NCBI GenBank assembly: GCA_003990765.1
Contig: RBNJ01000291.1
Coordinates: forward strand, 1-33,939
DNA length: 33,939 bases
Direction of reading: 5' to 3'
From: Jimgerdemannia flammicorona
Taxonomy: Eukaryota
The notes under the pieces: model-generated
Told to the model about the DNA's origin: nothing
What the model saw: only the letters and a program-made list of their open reading frames with translations
Databases searched by the model: none
Translations under genes and position numbers: made by a program
Shown: in pieces, positions 11,505-23,613 of the stretch
How positions within the stretch are numbered: the first letter of the stretch is position 1
Layout: each line of letters opens with the position of its first letter

Positions 11505-14500
11505 ATAAATACTCCTCTCATTTCTTTTAAAATAATGTCAGTCAAGTTCACTTACTCTCAATTCTATACAAGCAATCTAAGAGATAACAAGATAGTTTAA
11601 AGATAAGAAGTTTGAGGACCATAAGACCTTGGGAAGGTACTCCAATAAGAACTTACTTATAACAAACTTGTTATTAGTCTAAGAGATATACCTTGGAGAG
11701 AATCTGATATATTTGAAGGACTCAGCAACCACTACATGACAATACTTATCACTTTTTAGATCCTTATAAATAAGATATTTAAGGACTATTTTTTTTTTTT
11801 TTCTATTAGTATATCTTGATGATATTCTGATCTTTAGTATAACTAAAAAGAATATCTTAAGTATATTTATCTTATTTTAGAAATCCTGCAAGAATATAAG
11901 TTATATACTAAACTTAAGAAATAAAAAGTAAGTTGAATATCTTGACTATATTGTCTTTGTATAAAGAATTCAAGTAGACTTATATAAGATAGAGATAATT
12001 TAAAAATGATCTAAATCAGCAAATCTCACAGAACTCAGATTCTTTCTTGGCTTAGCTAGTTGTTACTATTGCTTTATCAGAAACTTCTCTGAGATTTCCA
12101 AGTCTCTCATAAATCTAATTAAAAAGATACTATATATAGAATATTATATATCTTATATCTGAGATCTCTTTTGTCAATAAGTATTATAAGAACTCAAGAA
12201 CTATATGACTAATATTCTGATACTGTAAAATTCTAATACAAATCTAAAATTTACAATTACTACTAATACTTCAAATTTTGCTATTAGAGTAGTCCTATTA
12301 TAAGATAATAAAAAGAATACTACTCTATTGCTTTCAAGTTATAAAAATTATCATCAGCTAAATAGAAGTTAGTTACCCATAAGAAAGAACTACTGGTAAT
12401 TATATATATCTTAGACAATTAGAGGTTAAGTTTGATATCATCACTAATTATTAATCTCTTAAATATATCAATACTAAATCTACTCTATTATATCAATAAG
12501 TCAAGTAGAACAAGAGCTTCAAATATTTAACTTGATAATTATTTATAAGTCTGATAAGATACTTATAGTATTAGATATCTTATTAAGATATCTAGATCTT
12601 GCTATAATAATATAAGTTACCATAGTATTAAAATTTCTAAACCAAATTAGATAAGTCTATAAGGAAGATACTATTATTACTAGAGTTTTTTAAATAAACT
12701 TAAGGATATATATACTATTGAGAACAATCTGATCTACTATTAAGATAAAGTCTAATTACTAGATAATATAGAACTTTACTTTAAGATATTATAAGAACAT
12801 TATAACTATCTACTTACTAATTATCTCAGAATTGAGAAAACTATTAAGAATCTTTAATATTACTACTATTAACTCAATATGATCAAGAAAAGTAAGAACT
12901 ATATTACTCATTATAATCTCTACTAATATAATAAGTCTAACAACTAAGTATCAGCTAGTCTATTTTAGTCTTTACTAACTTCTGTCAAAAAGTTCAAGTA
13001 AGTCACAATAGACTTTATAATATAACTATCTCAAACTAAGTCTGGTATTAATACTATAGTTATATTTGTTGACTGTCTGACTAAAACTATAGTTGCTAAA
13101 TCTACTATAATCAATACTACTACACTTAAGATTGTAGAAATCTTTTTTAAGTTAATCTTTTATCATTATAGTCTACTATAAGTTATTATCAGTAACTGAT
13201 ATCCTAAGTTTAATCTCACTTTTGGCAAGCCTTCTTTAAGATTCTGAAAATTTAAATTATTATATCTACTATCTTTTACTCTCAAAATAATAAACAAATT
13301 AAGTACATAAACAGAACTCTTGAACAGATACTCAGAAACTATATTTATTATAAGTAAGATAATTGAGACCACTACTTGATCTATGTAAAATTTGTATATA
13401 ATAATATAGTCTAATTATCTTTTAGTCTTTTCCCTTTCTAGCTACTTTATAGTCAAATCTCCAAGACTCTTATAAGTCTAGTTTCCTTTTGAAAAAACAG
13501 TCAAATATAAGTTTCTACTACTAAGAATCTTATAGATAAGATGGATGAACTATTCAAAATTACTACCATAAATCTTCAGAAGGCTCAACAATATCAAATA
13601 AAGTATGCTGATAAGAAATACTATGATATCATCTATATTATTAGTAATTAAGTCTTATTATCTACTGAGAATCTCAAAATATAATCTCAAGTTAACTATC
13701 TATCAAATAAGTTTCAACTCAAGTTTATTAGACCCTTTGAGATTATAGAATAAGTCTCTATATCCTTCTATTATCTCAAGCTACCTGAAACTATACAAGT
13801 ATATCTAGTCTTTTATATATCTCATCTTAAGACCTGGAACTAGTTACTACTCTACTCTGATCAAATTTCCAAATTATCTGTCTCTGTGATTATTAAAGAC
13901 CATATCAAGTATGAGGTTGAGAAAATCTTAAACAAAAGTATCTATTATTATTAACCTAAATATCTGGTCAAATAGATGTGATATTCTGAATATAATACTA
14001 TTTAAAACTACTAATTAATCTTAAGAATATACAAGATCTTATTTATGACTTTGAGGTAAAATATATATCTCTACCTCTACTTACTAGTTTGATGTATTTT
14101 TATATAGTTATAGTCACTACTAGTAAGCTTACTTAAAATACAAGGATTTCCTCTTGAGTAGTTTAAATCTTCAACTGCTAAGTTTTCAACTCTCATCTTA
14201 TATAAAGTAACTAACTTTTTATAATAATATCTGAACAAGTTTGAGAAAATTTGGTTAAGTATAGCTATTCTTGTATATATAATATTAGAATTTAATAAAA
14301 ATATTGATTCTTAAGAAGAGAGAGATGTAATAATTTCTTAGTCATATCTTAGTTATAGTATTTTTTTTATCTTTTCTTGAATATTCTACATGTTCTAGTA
14401 TCTTTCAAATACTGAGAAATTCTCTCTTAGTACTAAGACTTTATTAGAACATTCTTATTATTTCTCAATACCAAGTATCTTATCTTAGCTAGTTATAGAA

Positions 14501-14746
14501 CCTTTTAGAATATTATAGAATTCTATTAGTCATCTTTACCAAGAATTATTTTCTTAGCTTTTCTTTTCATTTCTAAGATCTTTCTTTCAGATCTTATATA
14601 AATATCCTCTTCTTCTGCTTGAATAAAGCTTAGCTTATTTTCTTCAAAAAACCTTTAAGACCACTTGAATCTATAGGTATCTCTTTAGGCCCACTAAAAT
14701 CTTCCAGATTTAGTAACTTCCTCTTAAAGAAACTAGAACTATTACA
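11502..14746 (+). mobile_element. Heavily mutated chromodomain-bearing Ty3/Gypsy (chromovirus-type), 5'-truncated: partial RT, RNase H, integrase, chromodomain, PPT, 3' LTR
   Basis: RT motifs are YLDDILIFS (11812-11838) and LRFFLGLAS..FIRNFSEI (~12034-12097). RNase H reads TNTSNFAIRVVL (decayed TDAS-F-IG-VL, ~12260-12300). Integrase reads VTIDFI..IVIFVDCLTK (~13002-13086), and KFIRPF (~13721) is a decayed GPF motif. The chromodomain reads YEVEKILNK..YLVK* (~13910-13975). The 5' boundary is approximate. Confidence 0.85.
14326..14746 (+). repeat. 3' LTR of the chromovirus (421 bp)
   Basis: Preceded by the purine tract AAGAAGAGAGAGA (14313-14325). The termini TGTAATA..TATTACA form a perfect 7-bp inverted repeat. 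There is an internal AATAAA at 14622. Confidence 0.75.
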
Positions 14747-14860
14747 AGAGAGAAGAATTAAATTCTGCTTATAGTTATATATAAATTGAGAGATAAAGTG
14801 TCTTTAATATACTATCTGTGTTGAGATCTCTTTTAGGGCCTTCATATAAATGATATATAG

Positions 14861-15889
14861 TATGACACACCAAAATGTAATAGTATAGTAACTAGACACA
14901 GTAACCATTACTGTGAAAAACTATATAAATAGCCAGACTATCAGATAAGGTATATTTGTATAGGATCTGCACAACTTGCCATAAGTAGCAAATCTATAGT
15001 TAGCTACATAGCAATCAGATAGTAACCACAATATATAAAATACCCCAGAGATAAGAGAGAATAAACCTTAGTCCAAATTCAAAGCAAAAGACAAGTCTGC
15101 CTATTACACTTCAAGAGATATGCCTGCTAAAAGTCACTTAATCTAGGAAGAATTACAATACTTAGGAGAAATACCTGCTCCACAGCCACTGCTAGGAGAT
15201 TGTGAGCTTACTTTCTACTCTGGTCCACTTTCTGATATAAAGAAGAGTTGTTACATTTTTGTTTCACTTGCCAGATAAGCCTGAAGAATCTGAGTTATCC
15301 ATATTCCCAGAAAGCCTTAAGAAACCTTGCTACAAGCCAGTCTCTTGATGCAACTTTACAGTAATATGTTTGTGCAAATGAAGCTAGTCTTTGATGTAAC
15401 TTACTAAGAATCTGCACTATCTAAGTTATTAGTTTGTTTCCAGTAAGTCTGATACAGAAGAATCCACCACCAGTATAATTCTCAGTAAGCTACTATTTCA
15501 GAAAAGCCACACCCAAATTGAGTTATCTGCCAAATCATATAAGAAGTCTGCTGTACTATACAGAGATTGTCATGCTATATAGAGATCATCACACAGAAAT
15601 CACATACTTTTGGAGATCATCATGCTATATAGAGATTATTATGCAGAAAATTGCATAAAGAGAACTACTAAATTGCTGACTACACTACACCCAAATGACT
15701 GCTATACCCAGAGAACTGTCCCAATTAGAAAATTGACATACAAATTACTCACAGATATCCAGTCTTAACTATTATACCACTAAATACTAAGAATATTTTG
15801 TTGCTTTTAACAAAGTAACTGGGGGCTCAAGCCAAACTACATCAACACTCAATCTTGTAATTTGCCTTTATTGAGCCAGGTATGTTACA
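14861..15889 (+). repeat. 5' LTR of Gypsy copy A
   Basis: Begins TATGACACACC (decayed TGTGAC) and ends TATGTTACA. It has a TATA-like TATATAAATA at 14922, AATAAA at 15060 and internal ~19-bp repeats near 15555-15645. It aligns with the LTR starting at 24153. Confidence 0.9.
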
Positions 15890-15891
15890 TT

Positions 15892-15908
15892 TGGAGGCTT
15901 AACTGAGA
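15892..15908 (+). other. Primer-binding site of copy A, tRNA-Pro-like
   Basis: TGGAGGCTTAACTGAGA sits 2 nt after the LTR. The consensus with copy B is TGGGGGCTCAACTGGGA. Confidence 0.65.
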
Positions 15909-16446
15909 AGATTTCAAATCAACATGACTTTTCAGCTCACAAGAACCCACAGTCAAACTGGATACATTTTATACAACACCAATCTCTGCTACTACAGGAG
16001 AACCAGTTATCACCAGTATTTGGACAGGAAGAGAAGTAATCACTTCAAGACTTGCCAACTATCCAGCATCAGAAGGATCCCAACCAGAAGTCAGTACAGT
16101 CCAAAATCCCCAACCAGATCAACCAGACAACACAGGCAGTCCTGTTAGAGACTTTGGAGAACTTATCCAAGAACTAGAAGATCTTATTACATAAGCTTGA
16201 AATCATGCAGCTAGATACTCTACAGTAGTTCCACCAATCTCACCCATAGAACCTTTACCACCAGCTCTTGCAGAACTAGAAGTAGCTCCTTCAAGAATAC
16301 TCAGACTCATTCTACTTCAACCAAGATCTGCAACACCCTCCTTAAGATACTCAATCACTTCCACTCCCAGCAACAGTTTGGGAAGTGAATCAGAGTCAGA
16401 ATCAGAATCTAGACTGGAACCAGAATCAGAAGAAAGTGATGATGAA

Positions 16447-17359
16447 ATGGCCACTTTATTGCCAACCTTTGCAGGATATCTGAAAGAAGACCCTAGAGAA
16501 TTCCTTAATGGAATTGAAGGAATTGCAGCCCTGAGAAATCTCTCAGATAAAAGGAAAATTACCATCTACAAAGCCCAGCTCAGAGAACTAGCCAGAGGAA
16601 TTTGCCACTGAATAGCAAATTATCTAAATTCAGAACTTGTAGCAAAAATACAAGCAGCAGCATCTTTTCAGCTGGAATACATAGCCATGGTCCACTGGCT
16701 CATCAAAAAGTATACAGGAAATGAAACCTGCCATAAGACTTAAGAATCCATCATGGGGATAAAGATGAATCTTGGAGAATTGCCCAGAGCCTTCTTCATA
16801 AGAATTCAGAAGAGAATGCATACTGCTGGATTCAATGCCACCAACCAAGACATCATAGGTCCAATGATCTTCATGAATGGGATTTCCCTGAACATTGCCC
16901 AGCATGTCTGTACTCTAGGTATCAGAAGGTCTGAAGAGCAAGTAGATGCAGCCCAAGGATTCTTTAATATCAGACAAGGAACTACTTAGAGTGACCATAA
17001 CAAGAAGGATAATAAGGAAGACATCCTGGTCAAAGCCCTACAAGGACTCCTCCAAGGACAAGAAAGATCTAAAGAAAGAAGGCCAGCCAAAGAAGAAAAG
17101 AAGAACAAGAGTGAAATTTAAGACCTTAGCTCCAAGTTGGACCAATTGGTTGGATAGATTGAAAAACTCACCACATGTGAAAATTGGAGTTATCAAGAAA
17201 ACAGAGGATATCTGCCTCAGAGGAGCCACAAGAGATAGTAGGAGCTATCAGCAAGAAAAAAGAAGATACCCTATCCAAGACAGAGCCCAAGTTCAATACT
17301 TCTACTGTAGACAATCTGGACACTATGCTACTGAATGTGATAATAAAAGAAGTGACTGA
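16447..17359 (+). pseudogene. gag: gag (capsid plus CCHC zinc knuckle)
   Basis: Reads MATLLPTFAGYLKEDPREFL.., with knuckle YFYCRQSGHYATEC (first Cys mutated to Tyr) at ~17297-17338. An in-frame P/S/E-rich extension may start near 15930. Confidence 0.8.
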
Positions 17360-17956
17360 AGGGACTCAGAACCACTAAATTGAAGGAATGATACTCAGTA
17401 CAAAAAGACTGAAACCTATCCTGTTGAAGACTTTGAAGAAGCAAGCAACAGTGAAGATTACAGTAATCTAGACCTGTATTCTACTAAGGTTACCACCCAG
17501 AAAACAGTTTACCCAGCAGAAAAAAGAAAGAGACCTATAGGAAGGCCATCCAGGAATATTGGCAGAAGAATCATCCAAGAAGAAGACAAAGAACATGAGG
17601 AAGAGCAGGTAGAAATACCCCCTCAGAGCCCCTCACCTTTTGTCTCTAAAACAAATGAGCTGCTACCAGAGAATGAAGAAATGGAACAAGAAGAACAGGA
17701 GCCTGCTGCTCCAAAGCCTAAGAAGAAGTACACTCCAAAGACCATGCCCAGAGACATCTATAACGAAGTCTGGCAGAAGATTCAAGAAGTCAAGATAGAG
17801 GTTTCTCTTCTGCAGTTCCTGCAACTGATACCAGCTGGAGTTCGAAACAAATTACTGAGGACCACCAGGTCTAGCACTGGTCAAGTTCTAATTCTACAAT
17901 AAGAGCTAGCTTCCTTTCCTATCTAAGCTGCAGAAAGACATGTCAGCACTTACTTA

Positions 17957-18310
17957 TATGGAGATATTGGAGAACAAAAGGTGAAAATCCTCATAGATAC
18001 AGGAGCAGCTATCTGTGTCATTGTTAAACAGTTCCTGAATACCCTCCAATGGTCCATTGATAGACCATCCAACCTCAGCATCATAGTAACAGATGGAGTC
18101 CAAACTCAACCCCTTGGAGAAATATGAAATATCACCATCTCTCTTAGAAAAATTCAGTTCTCTATCCCAAAAGCTATTGTCACCAAAGCTGTCACCTATG
18201 ACATGATCCTGGGCACCAACTGGATAAAGGAAATAAATGCAGTTGTTGATATCAGTCAACAAGTACTCAAGTTTGACTACTGAGGCAAGAAGTATAGAGT
18301 TAAGATGACC
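17957..18310 (+). pseudogene. Retropepsin aspartic protease domain
   Basis: KVKILIDTGAAICVI (DTGA at 17996-18007) and YDMILGTNWI (~18196-18225). Confidence 0.9.
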
Positions 18311-19597
18311 AGTTATGAGTAATCAAAGAAGAAGAAAAAGGTCACAATCCAGGAGGAATATGTCAGTAGTGAAGAATCTACTATAGAAGAGAAAGGAGAA
18401 TCCAAAGATGGAAATGATCCCAGACTCACCCCAAATTAACCTAGTGGATGACAGACCAGAAGACAATATATGGGCCAAGAACACTGTCCCCATTTCCATC
18501 AGAGCTATTGCAGGAGAAATCAAAGGATGCCCTACCTGTCTCAAGAGATACAAGTGCCCCAAGTACTCCTCCAAGATTATTGAGATAAGGAATTCGCCTG
18601 GCACAGCCTGCCCTGAGTGCAGAAAGAAGAAGAAAAAAATAGACATGTTTCAGAAACACCTGCAGCTGAAGCTGCAGAAGTATAAGCAATCTAGAGACAA
18701 GAATCATCTGAGGAAGAAGAAGTTCCTGACCAAGAAGTTTCTGAACAAAAAGCACCTGAAGAAGAAGAGGTTCTCCAACTCATTCTCTGGGATGACCCTC
18801 ACTAGACACCACTTGAAGATAATGACCCTTGGAATATAGAAGAAGGACTCAGCATAATCCCCATTATTCCCAAGAAAAAAACTCACCAAGAAAGAGCCTT
18901 TAGGCTAGGAAGATGTCTACATCAAATGGTCTTCCACTCTTCCCAAGACTACTGCTATCAGTGCCATTTACTAGACTAGTAAGAGAGACAGAGACCTCAA
19001 AGACCAGAACCCCCAACTATAGTTATACAGTCAACTACCTTCCAAGAAGTTACCACCAGATTGCAAAGCTGATTTAGAGGATAAAGCCTTTTTACCTGAA
19101 CAGAAGTATACCCCTTATCCACTCTTCCCCCAACTGATGACCAAGATAGGTACCGATTCCTGAGACAACAAGAGATTAACAACCAGGAATAGCATTTTTG
19201 AGCAATGGGATATTGCAACCATAGAAGACACCCAGACTGCTGAGACTGCAGACATCAGAAAACTCACCTCAGTCATGATGTTGCAATCCACACCTTGAAG
19301 AGAGGAGACAACAGAGGTCAGATCCAAAAAAGCCAGACCAAGAAGCCAGAAAGAAGAACCCTCAAGATCTATGATTTAGGAGAAGACATCCTAGCTCTCA
19401 TCAGACATGCAACCCACCAAAAATGGGTAGAGGATGCTACCAACTTCATGGAAGCCTTAGACCCTACAGGAAGAAGAGGAATCAACTATCTCTGAGACCC
19501 CTCCACTGGAGCCAGATGGTCACACCTCAATTTTGGAGCTTGGAGGCTCTCTGCTAGTAGAGCCTCAGCCTAAGGATAGCCCAAACTCAACAAGAAT

Positions 19598-20007
19598 GTT
19601 GTCCAATATGCCCTGCTATATCCAAAGGCCAAACCCCAGACCAAAGCTCACTCAAAAGATATAGGATATGATCTTCACAGTCTGGAGGATGAATCCATCA
19701 AGCCTGGAAAAACATTCATGATCAGAACTGAACTAGCTATACAGCTACCCCAAGGAGCTTACATCCAACTGACCTCAAGATCTGGACTTGCCAGACAAGG
19801 AATAACTGTGGAAGGAGGAACCCTTGACCCAGGATATATAGGCAAAATCAAGGTTATTCTACACAACAGTAGTACAGAATGGCACTGAATCATTAGAGGA
19901 CAGAAGATGCCCAAGTAGTCTTCATGAAGGTCAAGATCCCACAATTACAAGAAGTCTCTGAACTGACTGAAGAAACAAGACAAGCCAAAGGATTTGGAAG
20001 TTCAGAC
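19598..20007 (+). pseudogene. dut: Trimeric dUTPase domain within pol
   Basis: All five motifs occur in order: DIGYDLHS, SRSGLA, GGTLDPGYIGKIKVILHN, GQK(I)AQ and TRQAKGFGSSD. There is one TGA stop and a 1-bp frameshift near 19908. Confidence 0.92.
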
Positions 20008-20549
20008 AAGAAGGAAGTATATCTCCTCCAAGTCAACCACCTCAAGAGGAATGTCTCCCAGCAAGTGTACTACCAACTAGTCAAACTGCACAAGAATCTC
20101 ATCCTGGAGCCTAGAGAACAAACCACCTTCGAAATCTTTGCACCACCCAATCCCAGAAACCTTTTCTTTGAACCAAATGAAGATATCCCACACCTGGATA
20201 TAGAAGGATATACATTCTCTGATAAGATGAACCCAGTACATTTCTGAGCAACCAACCAAAGTTGGGAAACCATCATCTTGCCAAAAGGAACCATCATAGG
20301 ACATCTGGTGCTCTTTCTCAACTGAACTCATAGAGAAGTTTATAAACTAAACTTCTTGGGAAATGGTAAAAGGTCCCAGAAGAAAGGAAAGGCCCCTCTG
20401 TGACCCAGGAGACAGTGAAGCCTTCCACTAATATTGGAGAAGAATTAACACCCCAACAATGGCAACAACTAGTAGAACTTCTCAATAAATATCAAGATAT
20501 CTCATTACCAATTATGGCAACCTGCCATACAATCCATCATATCACCACA

Positions 20550-21400
20550 GTATAAATATAGGAAATACAACACCCATCCAGCAGAAATCTTACAGAATAC
20601 CCCATTAATTAAAAACATTTGAAAAGGAGCACATTCAAGAACTCTTAGACAATAGAGTCATCCAATCCTCTACTAGCCCCTGGGTCAGCCCTATACTTAT
20701 TGTACTAAAGAAAGGAGGATAGAGACTCTGTGTGGATTATAGGAAACTCAATTCAGTTATCGAAAAGGATACCTATCCTTTGCCCAGAATTGATGACCTT
20801 TTGGATCAGTTATAAGATGCCAGATACTTCAGCAGTATGGACCTTTTTACAGGATTCTATGAGATCCTCATGGACCCCAAAGACATTCAAAAGACAGCCT
20901 TTTTTACTTTAGGAAAACTATTTGAATACCTCCAAATGTCCTTTAGACTTTGTAATATACCCCCTACCTTCCAGAGGATGATGAATTCAGTCTATGTCTC
21001 CTTAATCCACTACTGCCTGATTGTATATATAGATAATTCTAACATCTATTCAGTAAATTTTGAAGAACACCTGCACCACCTAGAGGAATTCTTTAAGCTC
21101 ACCCACAAGAACTACCTGAGACTCAATGCAAAGAAATGCTACTTTAGGAAACAGAAACTTGAATTCCTTGGATTCATAGTTTCAAAAGAAAGAACTCATG
21201 TAGACCCAAAGAAAACTGAAAAGATCAACAATTGGCCAGTACCCAAGACCTTAAAGGAAATACTATCATTCCTGATACTAGTATTCTACTACAGAAGGTT
21301 TATCAAGGACTTTGCCCAAATTGCTGCCACAATCCAAGTTCTTCTCAAGAAAGGAGTATCTTACAAATGGACAGAATTATAAGAGAAAGCCTTCAAAGAA
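20550..21400 (+). pseudogene. Ty3/Gypsy reverse transcriptase
   Basis: Motifs are [53 protein letters not shown] (from YIDD), LEFLGF and YYRRFIKDFA. Confidence 0.95.
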
Positions 21401-21829
21401 CTCAAGAACTGCATGACCACAGTACCAATCCTTGTATGCCCCAATCTACAGAAGCCATTCATCTTGTATACAGATGCTTCCAAAGATGGCCTAGGAGTAG
21501 TTCTAGCCTAAGAAAGACCTGACCAATAATACTATATAATAGCTTATATAAGCTAAGCTACCAATCAGCAGCAGATGAACTATGGCAGCACCAAACTGGA
21601 ATGCCTTACAGTTATATAGGCAGTCACCCTATTCAAGTATTACCTTATTGGAAAAAGGTTTACCCTGATTACAGACTATGCAGCCCTCAAATAGCTATTT
21701 AACTACAAGAAACCAATCAGAATCCTAGCTTGCTGGATCCTTATCCTTCAGGATTACAAAATCACCATTATCCACAAAGTAGGGAAAGCTCACAACAATG
21801 TTGATGTACTTTTCCACCAGCCCCAATGA
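21401..21829 (+). pseudogene. RNase H
   Basis: PFILYTDASKDGLGVVL, NYGSTKLECL, FTLITDY.AL and KVGKAHNNVDVL; this frame stops at TGA 21827-21829. Confidence 0.9.
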
Positions 21830-22944
21830 ACCAGAAGAAGGATGTCCCAAGGAACTACACCCTAAAGGAAGCTCCTCAGACCATTAAGGTACAAGAAGAT
21901 CTCATCCAAAAGAAACACCAGAGGGTCCACCAAGGACAAGCAAATATAAAAAAAAAGTTGTGAACAATATACCAACATTGGCCCAATCTCAGAACACAAG
22001 TCTGGGACATACTCAGGAAATGTAATATCTGCCAGAAGTACCAAGGAAGAAAGAACTACTAAGCACTACTGCAACTAATCACACCACTAGACAACATCTT
22101 TCAGAGATGGGGAGTAGATGTAATTGGACCCCTACCAGTTATACTAAGAAGAAACAAATACATTCTTATATTTGTGGAATATCTGACTAAGTGGCCTGAG
22201 GCTTTTCCAATGGAAATCACAGATACTTTAATCATTGTAGGCCTTCTCACACTCAGATATAGACCCCCAGAAGAACTTATCTCTGACTGAGGTATAGAAT
22301 TCATAGGTGGTATAGTAGAGGATACTATAGAGGAATATCATATTGAACTTCCATACTGGGCATCTGGTGGATGGTGAGAGACTGGATTGCAAGGAGTGTT
22401 ACAATGTTGGGCAAATTGGGAGATTAGTACAGACACCAGAACATTGGCTAGGAGAGTGCAAGATTATGGGGAACTTTTGGTTAGCAGTAGGTGAAAGGTT
22501 GGGGATCAGGAGGAGACTGAAAGGGGAGAGAGGTTGATGGGAGGATTTGAGAAATAGATTGGTGAGAGGGGTGAGCAATGAATGGCTCACTGTAGGATGG
22601 GTTTTAGCCATATGGATAGGGCTGGCTGGATATTGGCTCTTTGTTTTTGAGGAGAGATAAAAGATGGGTCTGCAAGAGAAGTTGTTAAGATGGGAGAGAT
22701 TGTTGGGAGATTTATTGACAGGGTAGTGAGTGGGCTGGGGTCCCCAGAGTGGGCAATGTCAACATCTGGTAGAGAGAATCTATAAACAGAGTGGGGGACA
22801 GATTGCAATGGTTAATGATCTAGTAGTCTTTCATTATAAGGGGGTGGAGGGAGGAGGGCCCCCTAGGGGGATTGGATAGGGGCAGGCTTAATGTATTTAT
22901 ATTGGATAGATAGGGGTATTAATAAAGGAAGGAGTCCAAGTGAC

Positions 22945-23008
<64 letters not shown>

Positions 23009-23613
23009 AGTACAGAATTCATCAACAATATAATTACAAGTTATGCCAGAATTTACAAGATCTACCTCAAACAGACTACATCATACCACTCTCAGACCAA
23101 TAGTATGACAGAAAGAATAAACCAGACCATTAAGAAAGGACTTGCCTGAGTCAATCCTATCAACTGGGACCTCTGCTTATCTGAGATCCTATGGGAAATT
23201 CAGAACACCCCTGCTACCTCCACCAAACAAAAGCCATTCGAAATGATGTTTGCTAAGAAAACCAAAACTGCTGACCATGAGAATCTTGGAGACCTCCTCA
23301 AGAAGGCAGAATAATTACATAATCAGACCCAAGTTCAGATTACTAAAGCCCAAGAAAGACAAAAGAAGTACTATGACCAGAAACAGAAGGACCAGAAGAT
23401 TAAGATTGGAGATCAAGTACTAGTTTGGAGAAGCATAATTGAAACAAACTTCACTGTCAAATTGGAGCCCGATGGAAAGGATCTTATCTTGTACATAATA
23501 TCAGAGAAACCAGCATCTATTTAAGAGGCATAAATGGATGAACCCTGAGGATATCAGTACATATCAATTACCTCAAGATATACCTTTCTCTATATCATGA
23601 ATCAGAGAGTTGA
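21826..23613 (+). pseudogene. Integrase (HHCC, DDE core, GPY-like motif, no chromodomain), split by a LINE insertion
   Basis: Reads HQRVHQG..WPNL..CNICQK, FQRWGVDVIGPLP and LISD*G.EF. After the insertion it reads SYHSQTNSMTERINQTIK, KLEP.WKGSY and VHINYLKIY. Confidence 0.9.
22305..23006 (+). mobile_element. 5'-truncated L1-like LINE with a 59-nt poly(A) tail and a 16-bp TSD, inserted in the integrase
   Basis: DCKECY..EHWLGEC matches the LINE family. AATAAA lies at 22921 and the A-run at 22948-23006. The TSD copies are gaggtatagaattcat (22289-22304) and gaagtacagaattcat (23007-23022). Confidence 0.93.

Noticed and set aside
18620..18839. Lys-rich, NLS-like C-terminus of ORF 18408-18839 (and ORF 5815-6117)
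   Set aside because: Off-frame reading of an acidic linker. Copy B shows the CPEC frame continuing into QESSEEDVSDQEVP..
22891..23149. Poly-lysine ORFs (22891-23103 and 22940-23149)
   Set aside because: They are translations of the LINE poly(A) tail; the second simply runs into the integrase frame.
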